Origin: an uncultured bacterium
GTDB taxonomy: Bacteria; Eisenbacteria; RBG-16-71-46
DNA length: 64,000 nucleotides
Assembly (NCBI GenBank): GCA_964589945.1
Contig: CAZPVG010000008.1
Span: forward strand, 6,639-70,638
Direction of reading: 5' to 3'
Positions 36,479-49,085 of this stretch are shown here, piece by piece. The notes beneath the pieces are model-generated. The model was given only the letters and a program-made list of their open reading frames with translations. It did no database searches and was not told where the DNA came from. Position 1 is the stretch's first letter. Every line of letters starts with the position of its first letter. The translations under genes were made by a program, and so were the position numbers.

Positions 36479-37255
36479 TCAGGATGCGGAGCCGGGCCCG
36501 GTCAGGAGCGCCTCGATACCATACAGCCCCGGCGCGGCCTGTGCGACGAATCTCGCGGCCTGCAGCGCCCCGTGCGCGAACGCGGCGCGGTCCTGGGCGA
36601 CGTGCCGCAGCTCGAGCGACTCGCCCTCCCCCGCCAGCAGCACCGCGTGGTCCCCGACCCAGGTGCCCCCGCGCACGGAGTGCACGCCGACCTCGGCGGC
36701 CGGACGCGGGCCCACGATGCCCTCGCGCCCGGCCCGGAGCGCCGCGCGCGTGAGCCCCCGAGCCTCGAGCACCTCGTCGGCCAGCGTGAGCGCGGTCCCG
36801 GAGGGGCTGTCCTTCTTGAGCCGGTGGTGGCGTTCGACGATCTCGACGTCCCAGGTGCCCGGGACGGCGGCCAGCGCCGCGGCGACCGCCCGGCGGAGCG
36901 CCGCGACACCGACGCTGAAGTTGCTCGCGCGCAGCACGGCCACCCGGGCCGAGGCCTCCCGCACGGCGCGCTCCTGGTCGGCCGACAGGCCCGTCGAGCC
37001 CGAGACGAGCGGCGTGCCGTGCCCGGCGCAGAGCGCCGCCGTGCGCGCCGCGGTGTCGGCGTTGCTGAACTCGATCACCACGACACCCGGCTCGAGGACC
37101 GGCGCGAGATCGTCCGTCCACACGCCGGGCAGCGCGCTGACCAGCTCGGGGCGGTCGGTGCGCGCCACGATCACGAGGTCCCGCGCGCCCTCCGCCGCGC
37201 TCTCGATGGCACGTCCCATGCGCCCCGCGGCGCCGACCAGCGCGACGCGGATCAT
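36479..37255 (-). CDS. dapB: 4-hydroxy-tetrahydrodipicolinate reductase
   Basis: The ATG at 37255 overlaps the dapA TGA (ATGA). Motifs are MIRVALVGAAGRMG (NAD site), GTTG-like SGSTG and ERHHRLKKDSPSGTA. Confidence 0.93.
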   Translation of the reverse strand: MIRVALVGAAGRMGRAIESAAEGARDLVIVARTDRPELVSALPGVWTDDLAPVLEPGVVVIEFSNADTAARTAALCAGHGTPLVSGSTGLSADQERAVREASARVAVLRASNFSVGVAALRRAVAAALAAVPGTWDVEIVERHHRLKKDSPSGTALTLADEVLEARGLTRAALRAGREGIVGPRPAAEVGVHSVRGGTWVGDHAVLLAGEGESLELRHVAQDRAAFAHGALQAARFVAQAAPGLYGIEALLTGPGSAS

Positions 37256-38142
37256 GCCCGGGACGCCGCCCCGGCCAGGGTCACCCCGACGGCGCGCGCG
37301 GCGTCGAGCACGATCTTCTCGCTCGCCGGCTCGATCGGCACGAGCGGCAGTCGCAGCTCGTTCGCCATCAGGCCCATCTCGGAGAGCAGGAACTTGGCCG
37401 GCCCCGGGTTGGATTCCACGAACGCGGCCTTGAAGATCGGGTGGAGCTTCTCGTGCATCGCCCTCGCGTCGGCGACCTTCCCGGCGCGCGCGGCGTCCAC
37501 GAGGGCGCGCATCTCGCGCGGCACGAGCTGGCCGACCACCGAGATGATCCCCTCGCCGCCGACGGCGATGCACGGCAGGGTCAGCGAGTCGTCGCCCGAG
37601 AGCAGCGTGAAGCGCGTCTTCGTCTTCACCTGCGACATCTGGTCCACGCTCCCCGAGGCCTCCTTGACCGCCTTCACGTTCGGCAGGTCCTGGACCTTCG
37701 CCAGCACGTCGGGCGTCGTGTTCGTGCCCGTCCGCCCCGGGACGTTGTAGAGGATGACCGGCAGCCTGGTGGACTTCGCGACGGCCGCGAAGTGCGCCGC
37801 CTGCCCCTTCGGGGTGGGCTTGTTGTAGTACGGGGTCACGACCATCGCGCCGTCGAGGCCGATTTCCTCGGCGATCTTCGTGAGCGCGATCGAGTCGGCC
37901 GTCGCGTTCGTGCCCGTGCCGGCCACGATCCAGACGCGGCCCTTCACGCGCTCCTTCACGAACGCCCACAGGCCGCGGCGCTCCTCGACCGTGCAGGTCG
38001 CCGCTTCGCCGGTGGAACCGCTCACGACCAGCCCCTGCACGCCGCCCTCGATCATCCACTCGACCAGCCGCGCGGTCGCCTCGCGGTCGATCGCGCCGTT
38101 TCGGAACGGCGTCACCATGGCTACGGAAAGGCCTTCGAACAT
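37252..38142 (-). CDS. dapA: 4-hydroxy-tetrahydrodipicolinate synthase
   Basis: Motifs are VAMVTPF, VSGSTGEAAT, ILYNVPGRTG and KEASG (Schiff-base Lys context). A strong RBS (GAGGAGGG) lies upstream. Confidence 0.95.
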   Translation of the reverse strand: MFEGLSVAMVTPFRNGAIDREATARLVEWMIEGGVQGLVVSGSTGEAATCTVEERRGLWAFVKERVKGRVWIVAGTGTNATADSIALTKIAEEIGLDGAMVVTPYYNKPTPKGQAAHFAAVAKSTRLPVILYNVPGRTGTNTTPDVLAKVQDLPNVKAVKEASGSVDQMSQVKTKTRFTLLSGDDSLTLPCIAVGGEGIISVVGQLVPREMRALVDAARAGKVADARAMHEKLHPIFKAAFVESNPGPAKFLLSEMGLMANELRLPLVPIEPASEKIVLDAARAVGVTLAGAASRA

Positions 38143-38193
38143 CTCGCGCTCCCTCCTCGTCGGGCCCGGCGCGCTCGCGCCGGTCCCCGCATC

Positions 38194-39027
38194 CTATACG
38201 GCCGGCCCGGTCCCCGGCGAAGGGAAAGGCCACTCGCCCGTGAACGCGACGAGGGCCGGGCCGGTGAGGGTGGCCGTGCGGTCCTGCGGCCCCCCGGCGA
38301 AGTCCACGACCAGGTCATCGCCGCCTGCCGTCCGCACCGTGACCGACTCGGGGGCGCCGGCCTCGACGACGGCCCACAGGGCGCTGGCGATCGCACCGCT
38401 GCCGCACGCGAGCGTTTCGCCCTCGACGCCGCGCTCGAACGTGCGCATCGCCAGCCGGCCGTCGGGCCGGGGCGAGACGAAGTCCACGTTCGCACCCGCG
38501 GGCCCGAATCGCTCGTGGCGCCGCAGCGGCGGCGCGACCGACTCGAGCGGCACGGCCGCGACGTCGGGCACCGGCACGACGAAGTGCGGGACGCCCGCGA
38601 CGAGCAGCCGTCCCTCGACCGGCCGGCCGGCGACCGTCAACTCCTCGCGCCGCCCCGGGCTCACCGGGCCGAACGCCAGCGCGATGCGTCCGTCGGCGAG
38701 CGCACGGGCGCGCTTCGGGCCCGCGGCCGTGCGGAACGACACCGAGCCGTCCGCGCCGAGGCCGCGGTCGAGCGCGAAACGCGCGAGGCAGCGGGCGCCG
38801 TTGCCGCAGAACTCCGCCGGTCCGCCGTCGGCGTTGTGGTAGCGCATTGAGAAATCCAGCTCGGCGTCGCACTCGAGCAGCAGCACGCCGTCCGCCCCGA
38901 CCCCGCGCCGCCGGTCGCAGAGCGCCGCGAAGAGCGCGCGCGGGTCGCCGGGAAGGAAGGGCTCGCGATGGTCGATCACGACGAAGTCGTTCGCGGCGCC
39001 GTGCATCTTCGTGAACGCCAGGCTCAT
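38194..39027 (-). CDS. dapF: Diaminopimelate epimerase
   Basis: The ATG at 39027 overlaps the upstream TGA (ATGA). It has FTKMHGAANDFVVID and both catalytic Cys motifs, FCGNGARC and ACGSGA. Confidence 0.93.
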   Translation of the reverse strand: MSLAFTKMHGAANDFVVIDHREPFLPGDPRALFAALCDRRRGVGADGVLLLECDAELDFSMRYHNADGGPAEFCGNGARCLARFALDRGLGADGSVSFRTAAGPKRARALADGRIALAFGPVSPGRREELTVAGRPVEGRLLVAGVPHFVVPVPDVAAVPLESVAPPLRRHERFGPAGANVDFVSPRPDGRLAMRTFERGVEGETLACGSGAIASALWAVVEAGAPESVTVRTAGGDDLVVDFAGGPQDRTATLTGPALVAFTGEWPFPSPGTGPAV

Positions 39028-40109
39028 GGCGATTCCTCGCGGCGGTGCATGTAGAGCACGAACATCGCCCCCTTCACCTCGCCGCCGGGGGTGATCCGCA
39101 CCTGGATCTCGTCGCTCGCGGGCTCCTTGTCCACCTCCCAGATCCGGTCGCGGTCGCGGTCCCGGAACCCGCGCACCCGGTAGGTGCCGGGGGGCCACTT
39201 GAGGTCGAAGCTGCCCGAGTTCGGCACCTCGTAGAGGATCTTGCGGCTCGTGTCGGCCAGCGACGTCACGATGAGCCGCAGCGAGCCCTGCCGGTCGCTC
39301 ACCGTGTCGAGCACCACCCCGGCGAAGCTGCCGGGGGCCTTCTCGTCCACCATCTTGATGTTCACGCCCGTCGCGACCGGGTGTTCGTCGGTGAGCACGA
39401 TCGTCGAGTCGCCGGGTTCCAGCAGGTCGGTGTCCGGTTCGTAGGAGCGGTTGTGGTTGAGGTCGGCGAAGGCCCACACCCGCCAGGGGTGACCGGTGGC
39501 GAGCCCCGCGACCCGGAAGGCGCCCGAGGCGTCGGCGACGCCGAGCGCGTCGAAGTCCCGGGCCGTGCTGTCGGGCTGGCGGCCGTCCTCGTAGCACCAC
39601 AGCAGCGTTCCGGGGGCCTTGAAGCCCACCGCTTCGACGGTCCCCTCGATGACGCCCTTCGGGAATTCGGCCGCCGTCGTGAAGATGACCGTGCGCGACT
39701 CGGCGAGGTTGTTGCCGTGCCGGTCCCGGGCGCCGCTGCCGATGAAGAGCGTGTACGTCCGGTCGGGTTTGAGCGAGTCCGCGAGCACGAGCGTGAGCGT
39801 GTTCCCGCTCCAGCGGCGCTGCCGGACGTCGAGCGGCGGGGAGAACTCCATCGCCGCGCCGGTGCCGCGCGGCTCCATGCCCTCGCTGAAGGTGATCGAG
39901 ACGCGCGCGTCGAGCGGCACGCCCGCGGTGCCGGAGTCCGGCGCGATCGAGACGATGCGGGGGGGCTCGAGGTCGGGCGGACCGCCCGAAGGCGGGGCCT
40001 TCTTCGCGCAGCCCGCCGCCGCGACCGCCGCGAGCAGGGCGACCGCCGCGGCGCCCGCGGCCCGCCCTGCGCCACCGCGCGGGTCAGGCACGGGGGTGCG
40101 CCTGCGCAT
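39024..40109 (-). CDS. Lipoprotein with SbsA-type Ig-like domain and carboxypeptidase-regulatory-like beta-sandwich
   Basis: The lipobox is ALLAAVAAAGC. The N-terminal pattern PPRIVSIAPDSGTAGVPLDARVSITFSEGM...TYTLFIGSGARDRHGNNL is typical of the Big_5/SbsA_Ig fold. It lies between xerC and dapF. Confidence 0.7.
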   Translation of the reverse strand: MRRRTPVPDPRGGAGRAAGAAAVALLAAVAAAGCAKKAPPSGGPPDLEPPRIVSIAPDSGTAGVPLDARVSITFSEGMEPRGTGAAMEFSPPLDVRQRRWSGNTLTLVLADSLKPDRTYTLFIGSGARDRHGNNLAESRTVIFTTAAEFPKGVIEGTVEAVGFKAPGTLLWCYEDGRQPDSTARDFDALGVADASGAFRVAGLATGHPWRVWAFADLNHNRSYEPDTDLLEPGDSTIVLTDEHPVATGVNIKMVDEKAPGSFAGVVLDTVSDRQGSLRLIVTSLADTSRKILYEVPNSGSFDLKWPPGTYRVRGFRDRDRDRIWEVDKEPASDEIQVRITPGGEVKGAMFVLYMHRREESP

Positions 40110-41025
40110 AGGCCTCCTTGAGCTTCGAGCGCGACACGTGGGTGTAGATCTGCGTGCTCGCCAGCGAGCGGTGCCCCAGCAGCTCCTGGATCGCCCGCAG
40201 GTCGGCGCCCGCGTCGAGCAGGTGGCTTGCGAACGAGTGGCGCAGGGCGTGCGGCGACACCCCGAGCCCGGCGGCCACCGCGCCCAGGCGTCGCGCGACC
40301 ACCCGCTGCACCGTGCGGCCCGAGAGCCGGCCCGAGCGGCCGGCGAAGAGCGGCTCGCCCCGCCCCGCGCGCGCGCGGTCCGTGGCGGCGAGGTGGCGGT
40401 CGAGCGCGGCGAGGGCCCGCGCGCCGAGCGGGGCGAGGCGTTCGCGCCGTCCCTTGCCCCGCACGCGGAGCAGCCGCCCGGTGCGGTCGAGGTCGCCGTG
40501 GTTCAGCCCCACGAGCTCCGAGAGCCGCAGCCCGGCCGAATAGGCCATCTCGATGAGGGCCGCGTCGCGGAGCGCCTGCGGGTCGCGCGCCGCCGCGAGG
40601 CGGTCCAGCGCGTCGTTGAGGTCCACCTGCGGGAGCGTGCGCGGCAGGCGCTTCGGCTTTCGCGGCGACGGCAGGTCGCGCGCGGCGGCCGCGGGCAGCC
40701 GCCCGCGCCGGAGAAGGAAGCGCTCGAACCCCCGCCACGCGGCGAGGGCGCGCGCGGTGCTGCTCGCGGCGTGCCCGGTGCGGTAGAGGTCGCGCTGGGC
40801 CCGCTCGAGCCCCCCGCGCGTCCAGAGCGCCGGGTCCACGGCGCGCTCGCGAAGCGGCGGGGCGCCGCCCGCCACCTCCTTCGCGATCCGCTCGTCGGTG
40901 CGGCCGTCGCGCGCGAGGAAGTCGAGCAGGGAGGTCAGGTCGCGCCGGTACGCGGCGACGGTGTGGGGCGACGCCCGCCGGGTCGCCGAGAGCTCGCGGA
41001 GGAAGTCCTCGAGCGCGTCACGCAC
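40084..41025 (-). CDS. xerC: Site-specific tyrosine recombinase XerC
   Basis: Motifs are SPHTVAAYRRDL, EMAYSAGLRLSELVGL, GKGRRERLAPLG and SPHALRHSFASHLLDAGADLRAIQELLGHRSLASTQIYTHV, with a C-terminal HPRA. It is linked to dapF, as in E. coli. Confidence 0.88.
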   Translation of the reverse strand: MRDALEDFLRELSATRRASPHTVAAYRRDLTSLLDFLARDGRTDERIAKEVAGGAPPLRERAVDPALWTRGGLERAQRDLYRTGHAASSTARALAAWRGFERFLLRRGRLPAAAARDLPSPRKPKRLPRTLPQVDLNDALDRLAAARDPQALRDAALIEMAYSAGLRLSELVGLNHGDLDRTGRLLRVRGKGRRERLAPLGARALAALDRHLAATDRARAGRGEPLFAGRSGRLSGRTVQRVVARRLGAVAAGLGVSPHALRHSFASHLLDAGADLRAIQELLGHRSLASTQIYTHVSRSKLKEAYAQAHPRA

Positions 41026-43549
41026 CGCCGGTCTCGAGCGGGAAGCGGGACTTGCAGTTCGGGCACTGCAGCGTCGTGCCCGCCCGGCTCACCTTCTCGA
41101 CCAGGAACGGCGCGCCGCAGCTCGGGCACGGCGTGGGCCGCGGCTTGTCCCACAGCGCGTAGTCGCACTGCGGGAAACGCGTGCACGAGTAGAACGTCTT
41201 CCCGCGCTTCGACCGCTTCTCCGCGATCTCGCCCTCGCCGCACTTCGGGCACTTCACACCCAGCGTGAACGGCTTCGTGAACTTGCACTCGGGCCGCCGG
41301 AAGCAGTGGATGTAGCGTCCGTAGGGGCCGTTGCGCGCGAGCAGGCTGCTGCCGCATTCGGGGCAGGTGCCCTCGACGGGTACGGGCAGCTCGGACTCGT
41401 CGAGCGGCTGCGTGTGCTTGCACTCCGGGTAGCCCGGGCAGGCGAGGAACGGGCCGTTGCGGCCGAACTTCTTCACGAGCTTGCGGCCACACGAGGGGCA
41501 GTCGATGTCGGTGGGCTTCTGCAGGCGCTCCTTGATCTCCTTCGTCCGGCCCTTGAGGTGCTCGAGGTCCTTCGAGAGCGGCGCCCACAGCTCGCGCACG
41601 ACCGAGTGCCACTCGCGCTTGCCCTCCTCGACCTCGTCGAGTTCCTCCTCCATCCCGGCGGTGAACTTGACGTTGAACACGTCCGGGAAGTGCTCGACGA
41701 GCAGCTCCGTCACGAGCATGCCGAGCTCGGTGGGCTTGAGCGAGCGGCCCTCCCGCTCGACGTAGTCGCGCCGCGTGATGGTCGCCACGATCGTCGCGTA
41801 GGTGCTCGGGCGGCCGATGTTCTCCTCCTCGAGCGCCCGCACCAGCGAGGCGTCCGTGTAACGCGGCGGCGGCTGCGTGAAGTGCTGCTCGGGCCGTACG
41901 GGCGACTCGTGATCGCCCAGGGCGTCGCCGGCGACCTGCAGGTCGGTGCCGGTCCTGAGGTCGGGCAGGCGCCCCTCCTCGGCCACGTCGTCCTCGTCGC
42001 GACCGTAGACCTTGAGCCACCCGGGGAAGCGCAGCACGCTGCCCGAGGCGCGCAGGCCGAGCCGGCCGGCTTCGATCTCGACCGTCGTCGCGTCGTACTC
42101 CGCCGGGGTCGCCTGCGAGGCGACCGCGCGCTTCCAGATGAGGTCGTAGAGCTTGAACTGCTCGTCGGTGAGGAAGCGCCGGAGCTCCGAGGGCGTGCGC
42201 TCGATCGACGTCGGGCGGATGGCCTCGTGGGCCTCCTGGGCCCCCTTCTTGCTGCGGTAGAAGTTGGGCTTCTCCGGCACGTACTCGGCCCCGAACTCCC
42301 GCCCGAGCCAGCCGCGGGTCTCGGCGAGCGCCTCGTCGGAGAGCCGGAAGGAGTCCGTGCGCATGTAGGTGATCAGGCCCACGCTGCCCTGGCCCTTGAT
42401 CTCGATGCCCTCGTAGAGCTTCTGCGCGACCTGCATGGTGCGCTGGCTCGTGAAGCCGTGCCGGTTCGAGGCGGCCTGCTGCAGCGCGCTCGTGTTGAAC
42501 GGCGGCACGGCCCCCTTGGTCCGCGGGCGCGTCTCGATGCCCGTGATGCGCGCGGGCGCGCCGCGCAGCTCCTCGGCGAGCTCCGAGGCACGTCCCGCCG
42601 CGTCGTCGCCCCGGAGCTGGTCCTTCTCGAGCTTGTCCTCGCCGACGCGCACGAGCTTGGCCGTGAAGCGCTCGTCCTCCGGCGTCGCGTAGTCCACCTC
42701 GAGGGTCCAGTACTCCTCGGGCACGAACGCGTCGCGTTCCTTCTCGCGATCGCAGATGAGCCGCAGGGCGACGCTCTGCACGCGGCCGGCCGAGAGGCCG
42801 TACTTGATCGTGCTCCAGACGAACGGGCTCACCTTGTAGCCCACGAGCCGGTCGAGGACGCGGCGGCCCTGCTGGGCGTTGAACAGGTTCAGGTCGAGCC
42901 CGCGCGGGTGCTGGAGCGCCTCGGTCACCGCCCTCTGGGTGATCTCGTTGAACGTCAGGCGGCGGATCGGCCGCTTCGCGCTCTTGAGCACGTCGGCGAG
43001 GTGGCAGGCGATGGCCTCGCCTTCGCGGTCGGGATCGGGCGCGAGGTAGATGCTCGCCGCGTGGCGCGCCGCCGCGCGGATCTTCGCGACGACCTGGCGC
43101 TTCGACGGGATGAGCTCGTACTGCGGCTCGAAGTCGTTGTCGAGGTCCACGCCCAGCTGGCTCTTCGGCAGGTCCATCACGTGACCGTTCGACGCCAGCA
43201 CCATGAAGTCCTTGCCGAGGAACTTGTTCAGCGTCTTCGACTTGGTCGGCGACTCGACGATGACCAGGTTCTTGCCCGCCGCGCGGCCGGCCACGGCGGC
43301 CATCGCCGCCTCGTCCTCGGCGTCCTCCGCCTTCGGCGCGGCCGCCGCCCCGCGCGAGCCGGCCTTCCGGCGCACGGCGGGCGTGCCGTCGCCCTCGCGG
43401 ACGGCGGCACGGCGGGGCTTTGCGGCCGGCTTCGCGGCCGGCTTCGCCGCGCCCTTCTTCCCGGCAGCCTTCTTCTTCGCGGCCTTCTTCTTCGCGCCTC
43501 GGGCGGCCGACGCCGCCTTCCGGTCAGTGCGCGACTTCGATGTCGCCAT
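41018..43549 (-). CDS. topA: DNA topoisomerase I with N-terminal Lys/Ala-rich extension
   Basis: The Toprim motif is KNLVIVESPTKSKTLNKFLG and the active-site Tyr context is GLITYMRTDS. Four C-terminal CxxC...CxxC Zn-ribbon units are present. The ATG at 43549 adds about 82 aa of KKAAKKKAAGKK / AKPAAKPAAKP. An alternative conventional start is the ATG at 43303. Confidence 0.93.
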   Translation of the reverse strand: MATSKSRTDRKAASAARGAKKKAAKKKAAGKKGAAKPAAKPAAKPRRAAVREGDGTPAVRRKAGSRGAAAAPKAEDAEDEAAMAAVAGRAAGKNLVIVESPTKSKTLNKFLGKDFMVLASNGHVMDLPKSQLGVDLDNDFEPQYELIPSKRQVVAKIRAAARHAASIYLAPDPDREGEAIACHLADVLKSAKRPIRRLTFNEITQRAVTEALQHPRGLDLNLFNAQQGRRVLDRLVGYKVSPFVWSTIKYGLSAGRVQSVALRLICDREKERDAFVPEEYWTLEVDYATPEDERFTAKLVRVGEDKLEKDQLRGDDAAGRASELAEELRGAPARITGIETRPRTKGAVPPFNTSALQQAASNRHGFTSQRTMQVAQKLYEGIEIKGQGSVGLITYMRTDSFRLSDEALAETRGWLGREFGAEYVPEKPNFYRSKKGAQEAHEAIRPTSIERTPSELRRFLTDEQFKLYDLIWKRAVASQATPAEYDATTVEIEAGRLGLRASGSVLRFPGWLKVYGRDEDDVAEEGRLPDLRTGTDLQVAGDALGDHESPVRPEQHFTQPPPRYTDASLVRALEEENIGRPSTYATIVATITRRDYVEREGRSLKPTELGMLVTELLVEHFPDVFNVKFTAGMEEELDEVEEGKREWHSVVRELWAPLSKDLEHLKGRTKEIKERLQKPTDIDCPSCGRKLVKKFGRNGPFLACPGYPECKHTQPLDESELPVPVEGTCPECGSSLLARNGPYGRYIHCFRRPECKFTKPFTLGVKCPKCGEGEIAEKRSKRGKTFYSCTRFPQCDYALWDKPRPTPCPSCGAPFLVEKVSRAGTTLQCPNCKSRFPLETGGA

Positions 43550-43999
43550 GCCCCGCCTCTCCCGCGCCGCCCGGCGCGTGCTCGAGCGCCACGCGCGCCG
43601 CCACGTCCCGCGCGAATTCGACGCTCACCGGCCGCACGCCGCTCGTGGTGAGCATCTCGATCACGCGCTCGAACTGCTCCGAATCGAGTGTCCCCTGCAG
43701 GCGCAGGTCGAGCAGGTAGCCCCAGGCCTCCGTGCTCAGGGACTCGCGCTCCTCGGCGTTCAGCACGCGGGCGGCGTGCCGGCCCGGCGCGCCCGCGATC
43801 CACGCCGCGGGCTCCCCGCCGCCGGCGAGGCACCGGATCGCGAGGATCGCCGACGCGAGGTCCTCGCTCGTGAAGCCGCCCTCCTCCATCGCCTCGCCGA
43901 GCGTCTCGAGCGCGAGGTCGTCGCCCTCGAGGTGCTCCTCGAGCTTCGCGGCGAGCAGCGCGAGCAGCCGGGCCACCGGTTCCGTTCCGCCGCGCTCGC

Positions 44000-44003
<4 letters not shown>
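43524..44003 (-). CDS. smg: Smg (DUF494) family protein
   Basis: The ATG at 44003 overlaps the secA TGA (ATGA). It is about 159 aa and acidic. The pattern [14 protein letters not shown]...[38 protein letters not shown] matches Smg, and it sits immediately upstream of topA as in enterobacteria. Confidence 0.72.
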
Positions 44004-46984
<2,981 letters not shown>

Positions 46985-47043
46985 GGGCGGGAGAATAGAG
47001 GCTCGGTCAACCAAGGGCAAAAGCGGCGGATTCCGGCATGCGC

Positions 47044-47068
47044 GCGGCCCGGTGCGAAGCACCGGGCC
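47044..47068 (-). terminator. Perfect 11-bp GC-rich hairpin downstream of csp
   Basis: CGGCCCGGTGC-GAA-GCACCGGGCCG ends 25 nt below the csp stop (47093), between csp and secA. No clear U-tract follows, so it may be a terminator or an attenuator. Confidence 0.4.
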
Positions 47069-47092
47069 GTGGGGGTCGACGGGCTGTGGACT

Positions 47093-47302
47093 TCAGACCT
47101 TGCTGACGTGCGCTGCTTCCGCGGTGGTCTCCTTGCCGCTCTTCAGTTCGAATTCCACCGTCTCGCCCGGGTGCAGGGTCCGGAACCCCTGACCTTCGAT
47201 GGCCGAGAAGTGGACGAAGACTTCCGATTCCTCCGAGCCCTCCGTGGTGATGAAGCCGTAGCCCTTCTGGTCACTGAACCACTTGACGGTGCCACGCGCC
47301 AT
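47093..47302 (-). CDS. cspA: Cold-shock protein (CspA family)
   Basis: The internal ATG at 47302 (AGGAGG 9 nt upstream) gives [19 protein letters not shown]...VFVHFSAI, containing the RNP1 and RNP2 motifs. Confidence 0.95.
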   Translation of the reverse strand: MARGTVKWFSDQKGYGFITTEGSEESEVFVHFSAIEGQGFRTLHPGETVEFELKSGKETTAEAAHVSKV

Positions 47303-47383
47303 GTGGGGGACCCTCCTGTACCTCAAGATGACCGGAGTGAGCCCGGACCCGTCAGGAAGGTTGCCCCCCCGGGGTGCAACGGG

Positions 47384-48322
47384 TCAAGCGGCTTCGGACG
47401 AGTGCGCGAGGCGGGCCCGTGCGCCGGGGCGGCGCGAGGTCAACAGGTCGTGAAGCTGGCGCGCCGCGGCGTGGGCCGGCTCGCACCCGAGCACCAGGTC
47501 CAGCTGGTCGAGGGCCTGCTGGGTCCTCCCCGCCGCCTCGAGGGCCCGGGCCAGCTCGAGGCGGGCCGCGTGGAAGCCGGGGTTCAGCTCCAGCGCCCGG
47601 GCGAGCGACTCGATCGCGTCGTCGTGGGCGCCGAGCTGCAGCTCGTGGGCGCCGAGGAGCAGGTGCAGGTCCGGGTAGTTGGGACGCTCCAGGACCGCGT
47701 TGCGCACCTGCTCGAGCGCCCGCGGCATGTCACCGAGCAGCAGCAGCTCCTGGTAGCGCTGCATCTGGGTGTCGAGCCAGCGGTCGCCGGCGTCGAGCGC
47801 CTCGTGCAGCAGCGGGGCGGCGTCTTCGATGTCGGCGCGGCCCAGCCGCTCCAGCCCCTGCTCGAAGGATCGAGGCTCCGCGAGCCCGCCCTCCGCCGCC
47901 AGCACCCTCAGCGTCTCCATGGCCTCGCCGATGCGGCCCTCGCGGGCGTCCAGCAGCGCCCGCTCCACCGCGGCCCGGCGGTACCGCGGGTTGATGGCCA
48001 GCGCCCGCCCGAACGCGCGGCGGGCCTCGGCGGCCCGGCCCAGCTGCGTGCGGAGGCAGCCGACCTGACACCAGTAGTCCGCCCACTCCACCACGTCGGT
48101 CGCGATCTCGAGCGCGCGCAGGGCGACGTCCACGAATCCGGCCCCTTCCGCGGCGGCGGCGACGTCACCGAGCGCGGAGGCGAGGCGCTGGACTTCATCG
48201 GGGCCCGAGGCCGCCTCGAGGGCGTCGGCGAGGCAGGTCACGGCCTCGGCGAAGCGTCCTTCGTCGGCCAGCGACAGGGCCCGTGCCTGGGGGGCGAGCG
48301 ATTCGGGGTCGGGAGCCGGCAT
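47384..48322 (-). CDS. Tetratricopeptide-repeat protein
   Basis: It has about 8 tandem 34-aa helical repeats with the A..A/Y..AL..P pattern, such as AEARRAFGRALAINPRY and DAIESLARALELNPGF. Confidence 0.75.
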   Translation of the reverse strand: MPAPDPESLAPQARALSLADEGRFAEAVTCLADALEAASGPDEVQRLASALGDVAAAAEGAGFVDVALRALEIATDVVEWADYWCQVGCLRTQLGRAAEARRAFGRALAINPRYRRAAVERALLDAREGRIGEAMETLRVLAAEGGLAEPRSFEQGLERLGRADIEDAAPLLHEALDAGDRWLDTQMQRYQELLLLGDMPRALEQVRNAVLERPNYPDLHLLLGAHELQLGAHDDAIESLARALELNPGFHAARLELARALEAAGRTQQALDQLDLVLGCEPAHAAARQLHDLLTSRRPGARARLAHSSEAA

Positions 48323-48398
48323 TTCGCGCCGGTTATCGGCCGAAACCCGCGCCGACTTGCGCCGCGGATGGGGGCCCCGGCGAGGGCCCGGCCTCCCC

Positions 48399-49046
48399 TC
48401 AGCCGAGCAGCAGCTTCATGGCGTAGCCCGAGGCGAGCGTGATCCCGAGGTTGTCGTCGAGCGGGATGGGCAGCACCTCGACGAGCGTCGCCACGAGTGC
48501 GCCCGCCACCATCACGGGCAGGGTGAGCGGCGATGCCCAGGCGACGTAGCAGGCCCAGGCGACGCACGCGAGGAAGCAGCCCGCCGCGCCCTCGACCGAC
48601 TTGTTGAACACCCGGTGACGGCCCCAGGCGCGCCCGACCAGTGCCCCCATCGCGTCCCCCAGCACCGTGAAGCCCAGCGCCGCCGCGGCGACGGGCTGCG
48701 GGAAGATCTCGATCGCGAGCAGCGCGGCGAGCAGCAGGTACGTCGAGCCGAGCAGGCTGAAGCGCTCGTGCTCTCGGATCAGCTCGCCGAGGAAGACCCG
48801 GAAGAAGCGCCGCACCCGGTCCTCGTGCAGCCGCAGCAGGTCGATGGCGATCGCGCCGGCGGTGAGGGCCACGAAGAGCAGCTCGAACTGGTGCCGGCCG
48901 CGCGGCCAGGGCAGGACCTCGTGGAGCAGGTCGAGCGGCAGCACGATGAACGCGGCGTGGATGGCCTTGCGGCGGGCCTCGCGGAGCCAGGACTCCGAGC
49001 GCAGCGGCTTGAACGGATCGGCTGGGGTTCGGGACGGCTCGGACAC
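48399..49046 (-). CDS. CTP-dependent polyprenol/diacylglycerol kinase family membrane protein (CTP_transf_1, dolichol/phytol-kinase-like)
   Basis: It has multiple TM helices. The C-terminal signature VLGDAMGALVGRAWGRHRVFNKSVEGAAGCFLA is typical of the CdsA/SEC59/phytol-kinase superfamily. Confidence 0.72.
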   Translation of the reverse strand: MSEPSRTPADPFKPLRSESWLREARRKAIHAAFIVLPLDLLHEVLPWPRGRHQFELLFVALTAGAIAIDLLRLHEDRVRRFFRVFLGELIREHERFSLLGSTYLLLAALLAIEIFPQPVAAAALGFTVLGDAMGALVGRAWGRHRVFNKSVEGAAGCFLACVAWACYVAWASPLTLPVMVAGALVATLVEVLPIPLDDNLGITLASGYAMKLLLG

Positions 49047-49085
49047 GCGCGCACGATAGCAGACCGGCGGCCCGATGCCGCCTGC

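Noticed and set aside
28715-41025. Two tyrosine recombinase genes as possible integrase or mobile-element markers
   Set aside because: Both have full XerD- and XerC-type signatures. They sit in housekeeping contexts (uvrC-xerD and xerC near dapF). There are no flanking tRNA, direct repeats, phage or transposon genes, or compositional shift.
47360-47380. GTTGCCCCCCCGGGGTGCAAC hairpin just below the TPR gene stop, as a terminator or csp cold-box element
   Set aside because: The stem is short and imperfect, with no U-tract. It is plausible as a weak terminator but too ambiguous to report as a feature.
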